Below are positions 1 through 14,890 of a stretch of DNA of 64,000 bases, piece by piece. The notes under the pieces are model-generated. The model was not told the origin of the DNA. It made no database searches and worked only from the letters and a program-made list of their open reading frames with translations. Numbering within the stretch: position 1 is the first letter of the stretch; the number at the start of each line of letters is the position of its first letter. Made by a program: the position numbers and the translations under genes. The stretch lies in assembly GCF_009914755.1 (NCBI RefSeq), contig NC_060945.1; one strand, written 5' to 3'. Origin of the DNA: the human T2T-CHM13v2.0 reference genome, Homo sapiens.

Positions 1-1494
1 CATTCTAGTCCATTCTATTCCGTTACATTTCATTCCATTTGAGTCCATTCAATTCCATTCAATTCCATTCCAATTGATTCCATTCCAATCCGTACCATTC
101 GAGTCCACTCCATTCCTCACCATTCCGTTTGAGTATGTTTCCTTCTATTCCATTAGAACCCATTGCATTACATTCCATTCCGTTCAAGCGAGTTCATTTC
201 CATTCCATTACATTCCGTTCGATTCCATTCCATTCCATTCGAGTCCATTCCATTCCAATCCATCTGAGTGAATTCCTTTTCATTCCATTCCATTCGTGTC
301 CATTCCGTTCCAAACCTTTCCATTCGAGTCCATTCCATTGCATTCCACTCCATTCGAGTACATCCTATTCTATTCCATTCGTTTCCATTCCATTCCATTT
401 CATTGGACTCCATTCCATTAGAGTCCATTCCATTAAATTCCATTATATTCCATTCGAGTCATTTCCTTTCTGTTGTATCCCATTCCATTCCATTCGAGTC
501 CATTTCACTCCTTTCCATTCCTGTCCATTCCTTTCCATTCCAGTCCATTCCATTCCGTTGCTTTCAAGTCCATTCCATTCCATGCTATTGCATTTGAGTC
601 CATTAAATTCCAAACCATTCAAATCCATTCCATTCAAACCCATTACATTCCAGTCCACTTTATTTCATTCCATTAGAATCCAATCCATTCCATTCCATTC
701 CATTCCCTTCCATTCCATTCGATTCCATTCCATTCGAGTCCATTCCATTCCATTCCATTCCATTGCATTGCATTGCATTCCATTCCATTCTATTTCTTTC
801 GCGTCCATTCCATTCCATTCAATTCCATTTCATTCAGGTCCATTCCACTGCATTCTATTCGAGGTCATTCCAATGCATTTCATTTGATTTGTGTCCATTC
901 AATTGTATTTCATTATATTCCACTAGAGGCGATTCCTTTCCGTTCCGTTCCATTCCATTCGAGTCCATTCCATTTCATTTGAGTCCATGCCATTAAATTC
1001 CATTCCAGTCCATTCCATTCCATTCATTTCAATTTCATTCCTTTCCATTCCTTTCAGGTCCATTGAATTCACTTGCATTCCATTCGTGTACATTCCATTC
1101 CATTCCATTCCATTCCTTTACAATTCATTCGTGTCAATTCCATTCCATTTCATTCCATTCGAGTGCATTTGCATTTTTTTTCCATTACATTCCATTCTAT
1201 TTGAGTCCATTCCATTCTGATACATTCCATTCCATTCGAGTCCTCTCAATTCCGTTCCATTCCTTTCCAGTCCATTTCATTCCAGTCCATTCCATTCCAT
1301 GCTATTCCATTTGAGTCCATACCATTCCTTTCAATTCGAATCCATTCCATTCAAACCCATTCCATTCCAATACATTCCATTCCATTCCATACGAATCCAT
1401 TCCATTCCTATCCAAACCACTCTACTCCAATCCATTCCATTCCTTTCCATTTGTGTCCAATCAATTCCATTCCATTCCATTCCATTCCATTCCA

Positions 1495-2070
1495 TTATAC
1501 TCGTGTCCATCCCATTCAATTCCATTCGGGTCCATTCCATTCCTTTCCATTGGAATCCATTCCATTGCATTCCATTCTTCTCTTTTTGAGTCCATGCAAT
1601 CCCATTCCATTCCACTCAAGTCCATTCAATTCCATTAAGTTCCATTCATGTCCGTTCCATTCAATTCCATTCAAGTCAATTCCATTCCAATCCTCTCAGG
1701 TCCATTCCATTGCATTCAATTCCATTCGAGTCCATTCCATTCCATTCCATTCGTCTCCATTCCATTGAATTATATTCCATTCCTTTCGAGTCCATGCAAT
1801 TCCATTTCATTCCATTCGAGTTCATTCCATTCCATTCCATTTGAGTCCTTTCCATTGAGTTCCATTCCATTCGAGTCCATTCCATTCTATTCCATTCGAG
1901 TCCATTCCTTTCTATTCCATTAGAATCCATTCCATTAAATTCCATTGTATTACATTCGAGTTCATTCCATCCCATTCCGTTCCATTCATGTCCATTCCAT
2001 TCGAGTCCTTTCTATTCCATTCCTTTTGAGTCCTTTCCATTCCATTCCTTTCTATTACCTTAGAGTGCAT
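1495..2070 (+). repeat. Dispersed ~580-bp duplicated block, copy 1 (copy 2 at 6193-6780)
   Basis: Rare markers TTATACTCGTGTC, TTTTTGAGTCCATGCAAT, CATTAAGTTCCATTCATGTC, TCTCAGGTCC and TATTACCTTAGAGT occur colinearly with an offset of 4698-4708 bp. ORFs 1648..1923 and 6346..6621 translate near-identically. Confidence 0.9.
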
Positions 2071-2100
2071 TCCATTCCATTCCATTCCATTCGAGTCCAT

Positions 2101-2260
2101 TCCATTCCATTCCATCCCATTCGTGTCCATTCCATTCCATTCCATTTGCGTCCATTCCATTCCTTTCCATTCCATTCCATTCCATTCCATCCCATTCGTG
2201 TCCATTCCATTCCATTCCATTTGCGTCCATTCCATTCCTTTCCATTCCATTCCATTCCAT
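2101..2260 (+). repeat. 75-bp tandem duplication
   Basis: CCCATTCGTGTCC at 2116 and 2191; TTGCGTCC at 2146 and 2221. Confidence 0.9.
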
Positions 2261-5200
2261 TCGTGTCCATTCGTGTCCATTCCATTCCATGTAAATGACG
2301 TCAATTCCATTCCATTACATTCCATTCCATTGCATTCCATTCGAGTCCACTCCACTGCATTCCATTTCATTCGAGTCCATTCTATTCCATTCCATTCCAC
2401 TCGAGTCGATTCCATTTGATTCCATTCCATTCAAGTCCATTGCATTTCATTTGATTCCATTCCATTCCATTCCGTTTGAGTTCATTCAATTCCATTCCAT
2501 TCCATTCCATTTCATTCCATTCCATTCCTTTCATATCCAATCAATTCAACTACATTCCATTTGAGTCCATTCCATTCAATTCCTTTCCATTCCTTTGTAG
2601 TCCATTCCGTTGCTTTCCATTCGAATCCATTCCTTTCCATTAGTTTCGATTCCATTCCATTGCATACGAGTCCATTCCATTCCATGATATTCCATTTGAG
2701 TCCATTCCATTCAAATGTATTGCATTCAAAACCATTCCATTCCAGTAAATTCCATTCCATTCCATTCGAAATCATTGCATTCTATTCCATTCCATTCGAC
2801 TGCAACCCATTTCATTCGAGTCTATTCCTTTCCAATCTATTTCACTCGATTCTGTTCCGTTTAATTCCATTCGAGTCATTCGCATTCAAATGCATTCAAG
2901 TGCATTCCATTGCATTCCATTCCACTGAAGTCCATTAGTTTCCATTCAACTCGAGTCCTTTCCGTTGCATTCCGTTCCATTCCTTTCGAGTCCATTCCAT
3001 TCCATTAAATTCCATTCGAGTCTTTTCCATTCCGTTCCATTCGAGTTTTTTCCATTGCATTCCATTTCATTCGAGTCCACTCCGTTCTATTCCATTCGAG
3101 TACGTTCCGTTCCATTCCATTAGAATCCATTCAATTAAATTCCTTTGTATTCCATTGATGTCCATTTCATTCCATTCCATTCCATTCGTGTTCATTCCAT
3201 TCCATTCCAGTCCATTCCATTCCATGGCTTTCTTTCGAGTCCATTCCATTCCAATCCATTCGACTCCATTCCATTCCATTCCATTCCATTCCATTCCATC
3301 CCTTTCAGGTCCATTCAATTCAACTGCATTCCATTCGAGTCCATTCCACTCAATTCCTTTCCATTCCATTCAACTCCAGTGCATTCCATTCCATTCCATT
3401 CCATTCCATTCCATTCCATTCCATTCCATTTGAGTCAACTCCATTCCATTCCATTCAAGTCCATTTCAATGCATTCCATTCCATTTGAGTCCATTCCATT
3501 CAATTCAATTCCATTTGAGGCCATTCTATTACATTCCCTTCTATTCTTTTCGAGTCCATTCCTTTGCATTCCATTCGAGTCCATTCATTTACATTCCCTT
3601 CCATTCTTTTTGAGTCCATTGAATGCCATTCCATTGCATTCGAGTTCTTTCAATTCCTATACATTCGAGTCTATTCCATTGCATTCCATTCCATTCGAGT
3701 CCATTCCATTCTATTCCTTTCGAGCCCAGTCCATTCCATTCCTTTACAATCCCTTCCATTAAATTCTAATGTATTCCATTTGAGTCCATTCCATTCCATT
3801 GCATTTTAATTGTATCCATTCCATTTCATTCGTGTCCATTCCATTCCATTCCTTTTGAGTCTAGTCCATTTCATTCCCTTCTATTCCATTAGGGTCCATT
3901 CCACTCCATTGCATTGCATTTGAGTCTATTCCATTCAATTCCATTGCATTCGATTCCGTTCCATTCCATTCTATTCCATTCCATTCCATTCCATTCCTTT
4001 CCATTCCATTCCTTTCCATTCCATTCTATTCCTTTCGGGACGATTCCGTTGACTTCCGTTCGATTCCATTCCACTGCATTCCATTTCATTCGATTCCATT
4101 CCATCCCACTCAGGTCGATTCCATTCCACTCCATTCCATTCAAGTCCATTCCATTTTATTCGAATCCATTCCATTCCATTCCAGACGAGGCCATTCCATT
4201 TTATTCCTCTCCATTCCATTCCATTCCATTCCTTCGGGTCCATTCAACTCAACTGCATTCCCCTCGAGTCCATTCCATTCCATTCCATTCCATTCCAATC
4301 CATTCCATTCCAATCCTTGTGGTCCATCCAATTCAACTGCATTCCCCTGGAGTCCATTCCATTCCATTTCATTCCATTCCATTCAAGTCCATTCCATTCC
4401 ATTCAGTTCAAGTCCATTTCATTACATTACATTACATTCGAGTCCATTCTATTCCATTACATTATATTCAATTCGAATAAATTCCATTCCATTCAAGTCC
4501 ATTACACTCCATTTTGTTCAAGTCCAATCCATTCCTAACGAGTCCATTCCATTGCATTGCATTCGAGTCTGTTCCATTCCATGCTATTCCATTAGATTCC
4601 ATTCCTTTCCATGCCATTCGAGTCCTTTCCATTCAAACCAATTCCATTCCAGTACATTCCATTCCATTCCATTCCATTCGTCTCCATTATATTGTATTCC
4701 ATTTTGCTGCATTCCATTCCACTACATTCATGTCCATTCCATTCTATTTCATTCGAGTCCATTCCATTCCATTCCATTTGAGTCCACTCCATTCCATTCC
4801 ATTCCATTCCATTCCATTCTGGGCCATTCAGTTTCATTCGATTCCATTCGATTCCATTCGATTCCATTGCATTGCATTCCATTCCATTCCATTCCTTTCT
4901 AGTCCATTTCTTTCCATTCCATTCCATTCCATTCCATTCCATTCCATTCGAATCCATTCCATTCCATTCCATTCGGTTCAATTCCATTCCATTCCATTCG
5001 CATCCATTCAATTCCATTCCATTAAATTCGAGTACATTCCATTCCATTCCATTCCTCTGTAGTCGATTCCATTCCATTCCATTCCATTCACGTGCATTCC
5101 ATTCCATTCGAGTTCATTCCATTCCATTCGAGTCCTTTCCATTCCGTTCCATTCCATTCACGTAAATTCAGTGCCATTCCAGGCGAGTCCATTCCATTCC

Positions 5201-6192
5201 ATTCAAGTCGATTCCACTCCATTCAAACCCATTCCATTACTGTCCATTCAATTCCATTCCATTCTTTTCATTTCATTTCTTTCCATTCCATTCCATTCCA
5301 TTTGAGCCCAATTCATTCTTTTCTTTCAATTCGACTCCATTCCATTCCATTCCATTCCATTTCTTTAAGGTCCATTCCCTTCAATTCCAATCGACTCAAT
5401 TCCATTCCATTCCTTTCGAGTTCATTCCATTGCATTCCATTGCATTCAAGTCCATTCCTTCCAATCCATTCCATTCCATTTTATTGCATCCCACTCCTTT
5501 TGAGTCCATTCATTTCCAATCAATTCCTTTCGAGTCCTTTCCTTTCTATTCGACTCGAGTCCAATGATTACATACCATTCCATTCAATTCTATTCCATTA
5601 TATTCCATTCAAGTCCATTCCATTCAATTCCATTAGAGTCCATTGCATTAAATTCCGTTGTGTTTCATTCGAGATAATTCCATTCCATTCTGTTCCATTC
5701 ATGTCCATTCCATTCCATTCCATTCCATTCCATTCCATTCCATTCCTTTCCATGCCATTCCATTCTTTTCGATTCCAATCCATTCCATTCTATTCCATTC
5801 AAGTCCATTCCATTGCATACCATTCCATTCCATTCAATTGCATTCCATTGCACTCCATTCCATTCCATTCCATTCTGGTGAATTCCTTTCCATTCCATTC
5901 GAGTCCATTCTATTCCATTTCATTCCATTCCAGTACATTCCATTCCGTTCCACTCGAGTCCATTCCATTCCATTCCATTCCGTTCCGTTCCATTCCATTC
6001 CATTCCATTAAATTCCGTTCCTTTCCATTCCATTCCATTCCATTAAATTCCATTCCATTCCATTCCATTCCTTTCCATTGAATTCCATTCCGTTCCTCTC
6101 AATTCTTGACAATTCCATACCTTTCTATGCGAGTCCATTCCAATAACTTCCATTCTGTTCGAGTCCATTCCATTCCATTCCATTCCATTGTA

Positions 6193-6780
6193 TTATACTC
6201 GTGTCTGTCCCACTCAATTCCATTCAGGTCCATTCCATTCCTTTCAATTCGAATCCATTCCATTGCATTCCATTCCACTCTTTTTGAGTCCATGCAATCT
6301 CATTCCATTCCATTCAAGTCCATTCAATTCCATTAAGTTCCATTCATGTCAGTTCCATTCAATTCCATTCAAGTCAATTTCATTGCAGTCATCTCAGGTC
6401 CATTCCATTGCATTCAATTGCATTCGAGTAAATTCCTTTCCATTCCATTCAACTCCATTCCATTGAATTCTATTCCATTCCTTTCAAGTTCATGCAATTC
6501 CATTTCATTCCATTCGAGTCCATTCCATTCCATTCCATTTGAGTCCTTTCCATTGAGTTCCATTCCATTCGAGTCCATTCCATTGTATTCCATTCGAGTC
6601 CATTCCTTTCCATTCCATTAGTATCCATTCCATTAAATTCCATTGTATTCCATTCGAGTTCATTCCATTCCATTCCGTTGCATTTGTGTCCTTTCCATTC
6701 CATTCCATTCGTGTCCCTTCCATTCCATTCCTTTTGAGTCCTTTCCATTCCATTCCATTCTATTACCTTAGAGTCCATTC
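6193..6780 (+). repeat. Dispersed ~580-bp duplicated block, copy 2 (copy 1 at 1495-2070)
   Basis: Same colinear rare markers as 1495-2070. Confidence 0.9.
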
Positions 6781-9700
6781 CATTCCATTGCATTCCACTC
6801 GAGTGGTTTCCATTCCGTTTCACTCCATTTCAATCCATTCCATTCCATTTAAGTCCATTCCATTCCATTCCATTGCATTCCAATCCATTCTGTTACATTC
6901 CATTTCGTTCGAGTCCTTTCCTTACATTCCCTTCAATTCCATTCCACTCTTTCCATTCCATTCAAGTCCATTCCATCCCATTCAATTCCATTCAATTCTA
7001 TTCCATTCCATTCCATTCCATTTGGGTCCTTTCCAATCCATTCCATTCAAACCCATTCCATTACTATCCAGTCCTTTCTATTCCATTCCATTCGACTACA
7101 TTCCATTCTATTTGAATCCATTCCATTCCATTCCATTTGAGTCCATTCCATTCCATTCCATTCCATTCCATTCCACTCCACTCCATTCATATCCATTCTA
7201 GTCCATTCCATTCCATTTGGGTGCATTCTATTCCTTTCCATTCCATTCCACTCCAGTCCATTCATATCCATTCCAGTCCATTCCATTCCATTCGCGTCCA
7301 TTCCATTCCATTCCATTCCATTCAAGTCCATTGCATTCCATTCGTGTCCGTTCAATTCCATTCCATTCCGTTGGAGTCCTTTCCATTCCATTCCATTCCA
7401 TTCGAGTCCATTCCATTCCCTTACATTACATTACATTTGGGTTGATTCCATTCCATTCCATTCCATTCGAGTCTATTACATTCTATTCCATTAAAGTCCA
7501 TTCAATTCAATTCCATTCCATTCCATTCCACTCGAGTTGGTTCCATTCCATTATATTCCATTCGAGTCCTCTTCATTCCATTCCATTAGGGTCCATTCCA
7601 TTCGACTCCATTGCATTCAATACCATTCCTTTTGATTCCATTCCATTCGAGTCCATTCCCTTCCATTCTGTTCCATTCGAATCCATTCGATTCCATTCCA
7701 CTCAAGTCCATTCCATTACATTATATTCCATTCGAGTCAATTCCATTCCATTGCATTCCATTCGGGTCCACTCCATTCGATTCCATGCCATTCGATTCCA
7801 TTCCATTCAATTCCATTCCATTCGATTCCAGTGCATTTGAGTCCAATCCATTCCTTCTGAGTCCATTCCATTCCATTCCATTCGTGTCAATTCCATGCCG
7901 TTCCAATCGAGTCCATTCCATTCCATTCGTGTCAATTCCATGCCATGCCATTCGAGTCCATTCTATTCCATTCAACTCCACTCCTTTCCATTCCATTGCA
8001 TTGTATTCGAGTCCTTTCCATTCCATTCCACTCCATTTCAATCCATTCCATTCCATGTGTTTCCATTCCTTTCCATTCCACTCCATTCCATTCCATTCTA
8101 TTACATTCCATTCCATTCGAATCCATACCCTTCCATTCCATTCAATTCCATTCCACTCCATTCCATTCAATTCAAGTCCATTCAATCCCATTCGATTCCA
8201 TTGCATTCCATTCCATTCCATTCTATTCCATTCCATTTTTGTCCTTTCGAAACCATTCCATTCGAGTCCATTCCATTCCATTCGAGTCCATTCCATTCTT
8301 TGGAATCTATTCCATTCCATTCCATTTCATTCCTTTCGAGTCCATTCCATTCCATTATTTCGAGTCTATTCCATTCCATTCCATTCCATTCCATTCCTTT
8401 CCATTTCAATCCATTTGAGTCCATTCCATTCCATTCCTGTCCATTCCATTCCATTGCTTTCAACTCCATTCCATTCCATTCCATTCCATTCATTATGAGT
8501 ATATTCCATACCATTCCATTTCACTGCAGTCCATTCTATTCCATTCCATTCCATTCCATTCCATTACTTTTGAGTCCATTCCATTCCATTCCACTCCATT
8601 TGAGTAAATTTCATTCCATTAACTTCCATTCCTTTCATGTCCATTCCATTCCGTTACATTCAATTCCTTTCGAATTCATTCAATTCTATTCCATTCCATT
8701 TGATACCATTCCACTACATTCCTTTGGAGGCCACTCAATTCCTCTCCATTCCATTCGAGTACATTCCTTTCTATTCCATTTGAATCCATTGCATTCCATT
8801 ACGTTCATTTTGAGCCAATTCAATTCCATTCAATTCCATTTCATTCGAGTCCATTCCATGCCATTCGAGTCAATTCCTTTCCATTCCATTCGAGTCAAAT
8901 CCATTTCTTTCCATTCCATTCGAGTCCATCCTGTTCCAACCCTTTGCATTCGAGTTCATTCCGTTGCATTCCATACTATTCGAGAAAATTCCATTCTATT
9001 CCATTTGAGTCCATTCCATTCCATTTCATTGGATTCCATTCCATTAGAGTCCATTCCATTAAATTCCATTCGATTCCATCCGACTCCATTCCACTCCATT
9101 GGAGTCCATTCCGTTCCATTCCATTCGAGTTCATTCCATTCCTTTCCTTTCTATTCCATTCAAGTCCCTTCCAATTCTTTCCATTCCAGTAGATTCCATT
9201 CCATTCCTTTCCATTCCATTCCATTCCATTCCATTCTATTCCAGTCGGGTTCATTCCATTCCATTTGAGCCCATTCCATTCCATTCGAGTCCTTTCCATT
9301 CCATTCCTTTCGAGTCCATTGCATTCCATTCCATTCTATTGGAATCCATTCCTTTCCATTCCATATGAGTCCACTCCATTCCATTCTATTTCATTCCATT
9401 CCATTCCATTCTATTTGATTCCATTCCATTCCATTCGAGTCCATTCCTGTCCATTACATTCCATTCGGTTCCATTCCATTCCATTCCATTCGCCTCCATT
9501 CAATTCCATTCGATTAAATTCGAGTACATTCCATTCCATTCCATTCCACTCGAGTCGATTCCAATCCATACCATTCCATTCGCGTACATTCCATTCCATT
9601 CCATTCCATTCGCGTACATTCCATTCCATTCCTTTCCATTCGGGTTAATTCCATGCCATTACAATCGAGTCCATTCCATTCCATTCCATTCCATTTGCAT

Positions 9701-12700
9701 CCATTCCTTTCCATTCCATTCCATTCCATTACATTACATTACATTACATTTCTTTCCATTCCATTCCATTCCTTTCCATTCCATTCCATTCCAATATATC
9801 CCATTCTTTCGTGTCTATTCCATTCCATTCCTTTCTGTTCCATTCCATTCCATTCCATTATCGTCCATTCTATTCCATTGCTTTAAATTCGAGTACATTC
9901 CATTCCATTCCATTCCACTCGAGTCGATTCCATTCTATTCCATTCCATTCGAGTCCATTCCATTCCATTCGAGTTCCATCCATTACATTCCATTCGACTC
10001 CATTCCATTCCATTCTAATCCATTTCATTCCATTCAAATCCAACCCATTCTGGTCAATTCCATACCATTCCATTTGAGTCCATTCCATTCCATTCCATTC
10101 AATTCCATTCCATTCCTTTCCATTCCATTCGAGTCCAATCCATTCCATCCAATTCCATTGCACTCGAGTTTTTTCCATTCCATTGCAATGCATTTCAATC
10201 CATTCCATTGCTTTCGTGTCCATTCCCTTCCATTCCATTCCATTCCTTTCCATTCCATTCCATTCTATTACCTTCCATTCCATTCGAGTCCTTGCCCTTC
10301 CATTCCTTTGAATTCCTTTCCACTCTATTCCATTCCATTCAAGTGCTTTCCATCTCATTCAATTCCACTCAATTCCATTCAATTCCATTCCTTTCGTTTT
10401 GGATCCTTTCCAATCCATTCCCTTTGAGTTCATTCCATTCCATTCGAGTCCATTCCATTCCATTCCATTCGAGTCCATTCCATTCCTTTCGTGTCCATTT
10501 CATTCCAATCCATTCCATTCCATTCCGTTTGAGTCCATTCCATTCCACACAAGTCCATTCCGTTCCATTCTATCTCATTCCATTCCATTCCTCTCCATTC
10601 TATTCCATTCCATTCCATTCGAGTCCATTCCATTACATTATGTTCGAGTCCCTTCCATTCAATTCCATTCCATTCGATTCCATTCCAGTCCTTTCGGTTC
10701 CATTCCATTCCATTCCATTCCATTCCATTCGAGTCCATTCCTTTCAACACCGTTAGAGTCCATTCCATTCCGTTTTATTAGATTCGAGTCCATTCCATTG
10801 TATACCATTCGAGTCCATTCAATTCCATTACATTAGAGTCCATTCCACTCTGTTCCACTCCATTCCATTGCATTCCATTTTATACAATTCGCGTACATTC
10901 CATTCCGTTAGAGTCCTTTGCATTTCACTCCATTCGTGTGCATTCCATTCCATTCCATTCCATTCGAGTCCATTACAGTCCAATCAATTCTTGTTCATTC
11001 CATTCCATTCCGTTTGAGTCCATTCCATTCCAATCCATTCCATTACATTTATGTCCATTCCATTCATTTCCATTCCATTCGAGTCCATTCCTTTCCATTC
11101 CATTCCATTCGACTCGATTTCATTCCTTCACATTGCATTCCATTCTAGTCCTTTCAATTCCATTACTTACCACTCGAGTTAATTCCACTCCACTGCATTT
11201 GAGTCCATTCCATTCTGCTCCTTTCCATTCGAGTCCTTTCCATTCTCTTCGATTCGAGTAAATTACAATTCATTCGTTTTGAGTCCGTTCCATTTCATTC
11301 CATTGCATTCCAGTCTAATCCAATACATTCCATTCTATTCCATTCAAGTCCACTCCATTCCATTCCATTCCATTCCGTTCCATTCCATTCTCATCCACTC
11401 AATTCCATTCATTTCAATTCCATTCAATTCCATTCCATTCTATCTCGTTCAAGTCCATTCCATTCGATACCATTCCATTCTGTTTCTGTCCATTCCATTG
11501 TATTCCATTAAACTCGATTTCACTCTTTCACATTCCATTCCATTCCATTCGAGTACATTCCATTCTGTTCCATTCCATTCCGTTTGATTCCATTGCACTC
11601 CTTTCCTCTCTATTCCATTCGAGTACATTCCATTCTATTCCATTCGAATCCATTGCATTCCATTTCATTCCATTTGAGCCAATTCAATTCCATTTCATTC
11701 CATTCCTTTGGAGTCCATTCCATTCCATTGGTGTGCATTCCTTTCCAACCATTCGAGTCCATTCCATTTCACCCCATTCCATTCGTGTCCTGTCTGTCCC
11801 AACCCTTTCCATTTGCGTCCATTTAATTGTATTCAATTCCATTTGGGTACATTCCATTCTATTACATGCAAGTCCATTCCATTCCGTTTCATTGGATTCC
11901 ATTCCATTAGAATCCATTCCATTAAATTTCGTTCCATTCCATTCGAGTCCATTCCATTCCATTCCATTCGAATCCATTCCATTCCTTTCTATTCCATTGA
12001 AGTCCATTCCAATTCATTCCATACTGTTAGATTCCATTCCATTTCATTCCATTCCATTATGGTTCTTTCCATTCCATTCCATTCAAGCCCATTCCATTCC
12101 ATTCGAGTCCTTTCCATTCCATTCCATTCAAGTCCATTCCATTCCATTCCATTCTGTTCAAATCCATTCCATTCCATTCCATTCGCTTCCATTCCATTCC
12201 ATTCCATTCACATCCATTCAATTCCATTACATGAAATTCGAGTACATTCCGTTCCATTCCATTCCACTTGAGTCGTTTCCTTTCCATTCCATTCCATTTG
12301 AGTCCTTTCCATTTCATTCAAGTTCTTTCCATTCCATTCCATTCGAGTCCATTCCATTCAATTCCAATCCATTCTATTCCATTACTTTGCAATCGATTCT
12401 ATTCCATTCCTTTCTAGTCTGTTCAATTCCATTCCATTCTATTTGAGTCCATACCATTCCATTCGAGTCCAATTCATTGCATACCATTCCATTCCATCCG
12501 AGTCCATTCCATTCCATTCAACTCCATTCCGTTCTGTTCCATCTCATTCCATTCCATTCCATTCCATTCGAGTCCAATCATTTCCATTACGTTCGAGTCA
12601 ATTCCATTCTATTCGATTGCATTCCATTACATTCTTTTTGAGTCCATTCCATACAATTGCATTCTATTTGACTGCTTTCCATTCCATTCGCTTCCATTAC

Positions 12701-14196
12701 TTTTCATTCCATTCGCGTCCATTCCATTCCACTCCATTCCATTCGGGTCCATTCCATTCAACTTCATTGGAGTCCATTCCATTCCGTTGCATTAGATTCG
12801 AGTCCATTCCATTTTATAACATTCTTGTCCATTCCATTCCATTATATTCGAGTCCATTCCAATCCCTTCCACTCCATATACAATTCGACTACATTCCATT
12901 CCAATCAAATCCATTTTTTCACATCCATTCGTGTGCATTCCGTTCCACTCCATTCCATTCTATTCGAATCCATTCCATTCCAATACATTCCATTACATTT
13001 GTGTCCATTCCATTCAATTCCATTCCATTCTTGTCCATTCCATTCCATTCCATTCCAAATCATTCCATTACATTAAATTACAATACTTTCTTGTCCATTC
13101 CATTCAATTCCATTCCAATCGCGACCTTTCAATTACATTCCTTTCAAGTCCATTCCATTCCATACCTTTCCATTCTGTTCCATTCCATTCCATTCTACTC
13201 CATTGCATTCCATTCCATTCCATCACATTCCATACCTTTTCATTCTGTTCCACTCCATTCCATTCGACTCCATTCCATTCCATTCCATTCCATACCATTC
13301 CATTCCATTACTTTCCATTGAATTCCATTCTGGTAAATTCAATTCCATTCCTTTCAAGTCCATTCCATTCTATTCCATTAAAGTCCATTCCATTCCATAC
13401 CATTCCGTTCTTTTCTATTTCATCCCATTCCATTCCATTCCATTCCAGTCCATTCCATTCCACTCCATTCGTGTCCCTTCTATTCCATTCCCCTCGAGTC
13501 CATTCCATTCTATTCCATTCTATTCCATTCAGGTCCATTCAATTCCATACCATTCCGTTCTGTTCCATTCCATCCCATTCCATTCCTTTCTATTCTGTTC
13601 CGTTCCATTCCATTTGTGTCCATTCCATTGCATTTGAGTCCATGCCATTCCATTCCATTGCATTCCATTCCATTGCATTCCATTCCATTCCATTGCATTG
13701 CATTCCATTCCCTTCCATTCCATTCCATTCCATTCCATTCCATTCCATTCCATTCCATTCCATTCTATTCGAGTCCATTCCATTCCGTTCTATTCGAGTC
13801 CATTCCATTCCATTCCAATCCATTCCATTCTGGTCCATTGCATTCCATTCCATTCGAGTCCATTCCATTCCATTCCATTCCATTCCATTCCATTCCATCC
13901 CATTCCATTCCATTCCATCCCATTCCATCCCATTCCTTTCCAGTCCATTCAATTTCATTCCATTCCATTAGAGTCCATGCCATTCCATTCGAGTCCATTC
14001 CATTCCATTCTTTTCCATTCCATTCGAGTCCATCCATTCCATTCGAGTCTGTTCCATTACACTCCGCTCGAGTCTAAATGTCTTTCAATTCTATTCCATT
14101 CATTCCAATTTCATTCCATTCCCGTCCATTCCATTCCATTTGAATCGACTTCATTCCTTTCCTTTCCATTCTTTTCTAGTCCATTCCATTCCGTTG

Positions 14197-14300
14197 CAGT
14201 CCATTTGACTAAACTTCATTCCATTAACTTCCATTCCTTTTGATTCCATTCCATTCCATTCCAGTCCATTTGACTAAATTTCATTCCATTAACTTTCATT
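14197..14300 (+). repeat. 65-bp tandem duplication
   Basis: CCATTTGACTAAA(C/T)TTCATTCCATTAACTT at 14201 and 14266. Confidence 0.85.
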
Positions 14301-14720
14301 TCATTTGAGTCCATTCCATTCCGTTACATTCAATTCCATTCGAGTCCATTCCATTCCATTCCATTCCATTTGATTCCATTCCACTTCGTTCCATTCGGGT
14401 AAACACCATTCGTCTCCATTCCATTGAATTACATTCCAATCTATTCCATTCGAATCCATTGCATTCCATTCAGTACCATTCGAGCCAATTCCATTCCATT
14501 CCATTCCATTCTGTTCAAGTCCGTTCCATTCCATTCAATTCGAGTCAATTCCATTTCATTCCATTCCATTGCAGTCCATTCCGTTTCAACCCATTCCATT
14601 CGAGACAATTCCATTGCATTCCACTCTATTCGAAATCATTCCATTCTATTCCATTCATGTATATTCCATTCCATTTCATTGGATTCCACTCTGTTAGAGT
14701 CCATTCCATTAAATTCCGTT

Positions 14721-14890
14721 CCTTTCCATTTGAGACATTTCCATTCCATTGGAGTCCATTCCATTCCACTGCATTCGAGTCCATTCCATTCCATTCAATT
14801 CTTTTCCATTCGAGACATTTCCATTCCATTGGAGTCCATTCCATTCCACTGCATTCGAGTCCATTCCATTCCATTCCATTCTTTTCCATT
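14721..14890 (+). repeat. 80-bp tandem duplication
   Basis: GAGACATTTCCATTCCATTGGAGTCCATTCCATTCCACTGCATTCGAGT at 14732 and 14812. Confidence 0.92.
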
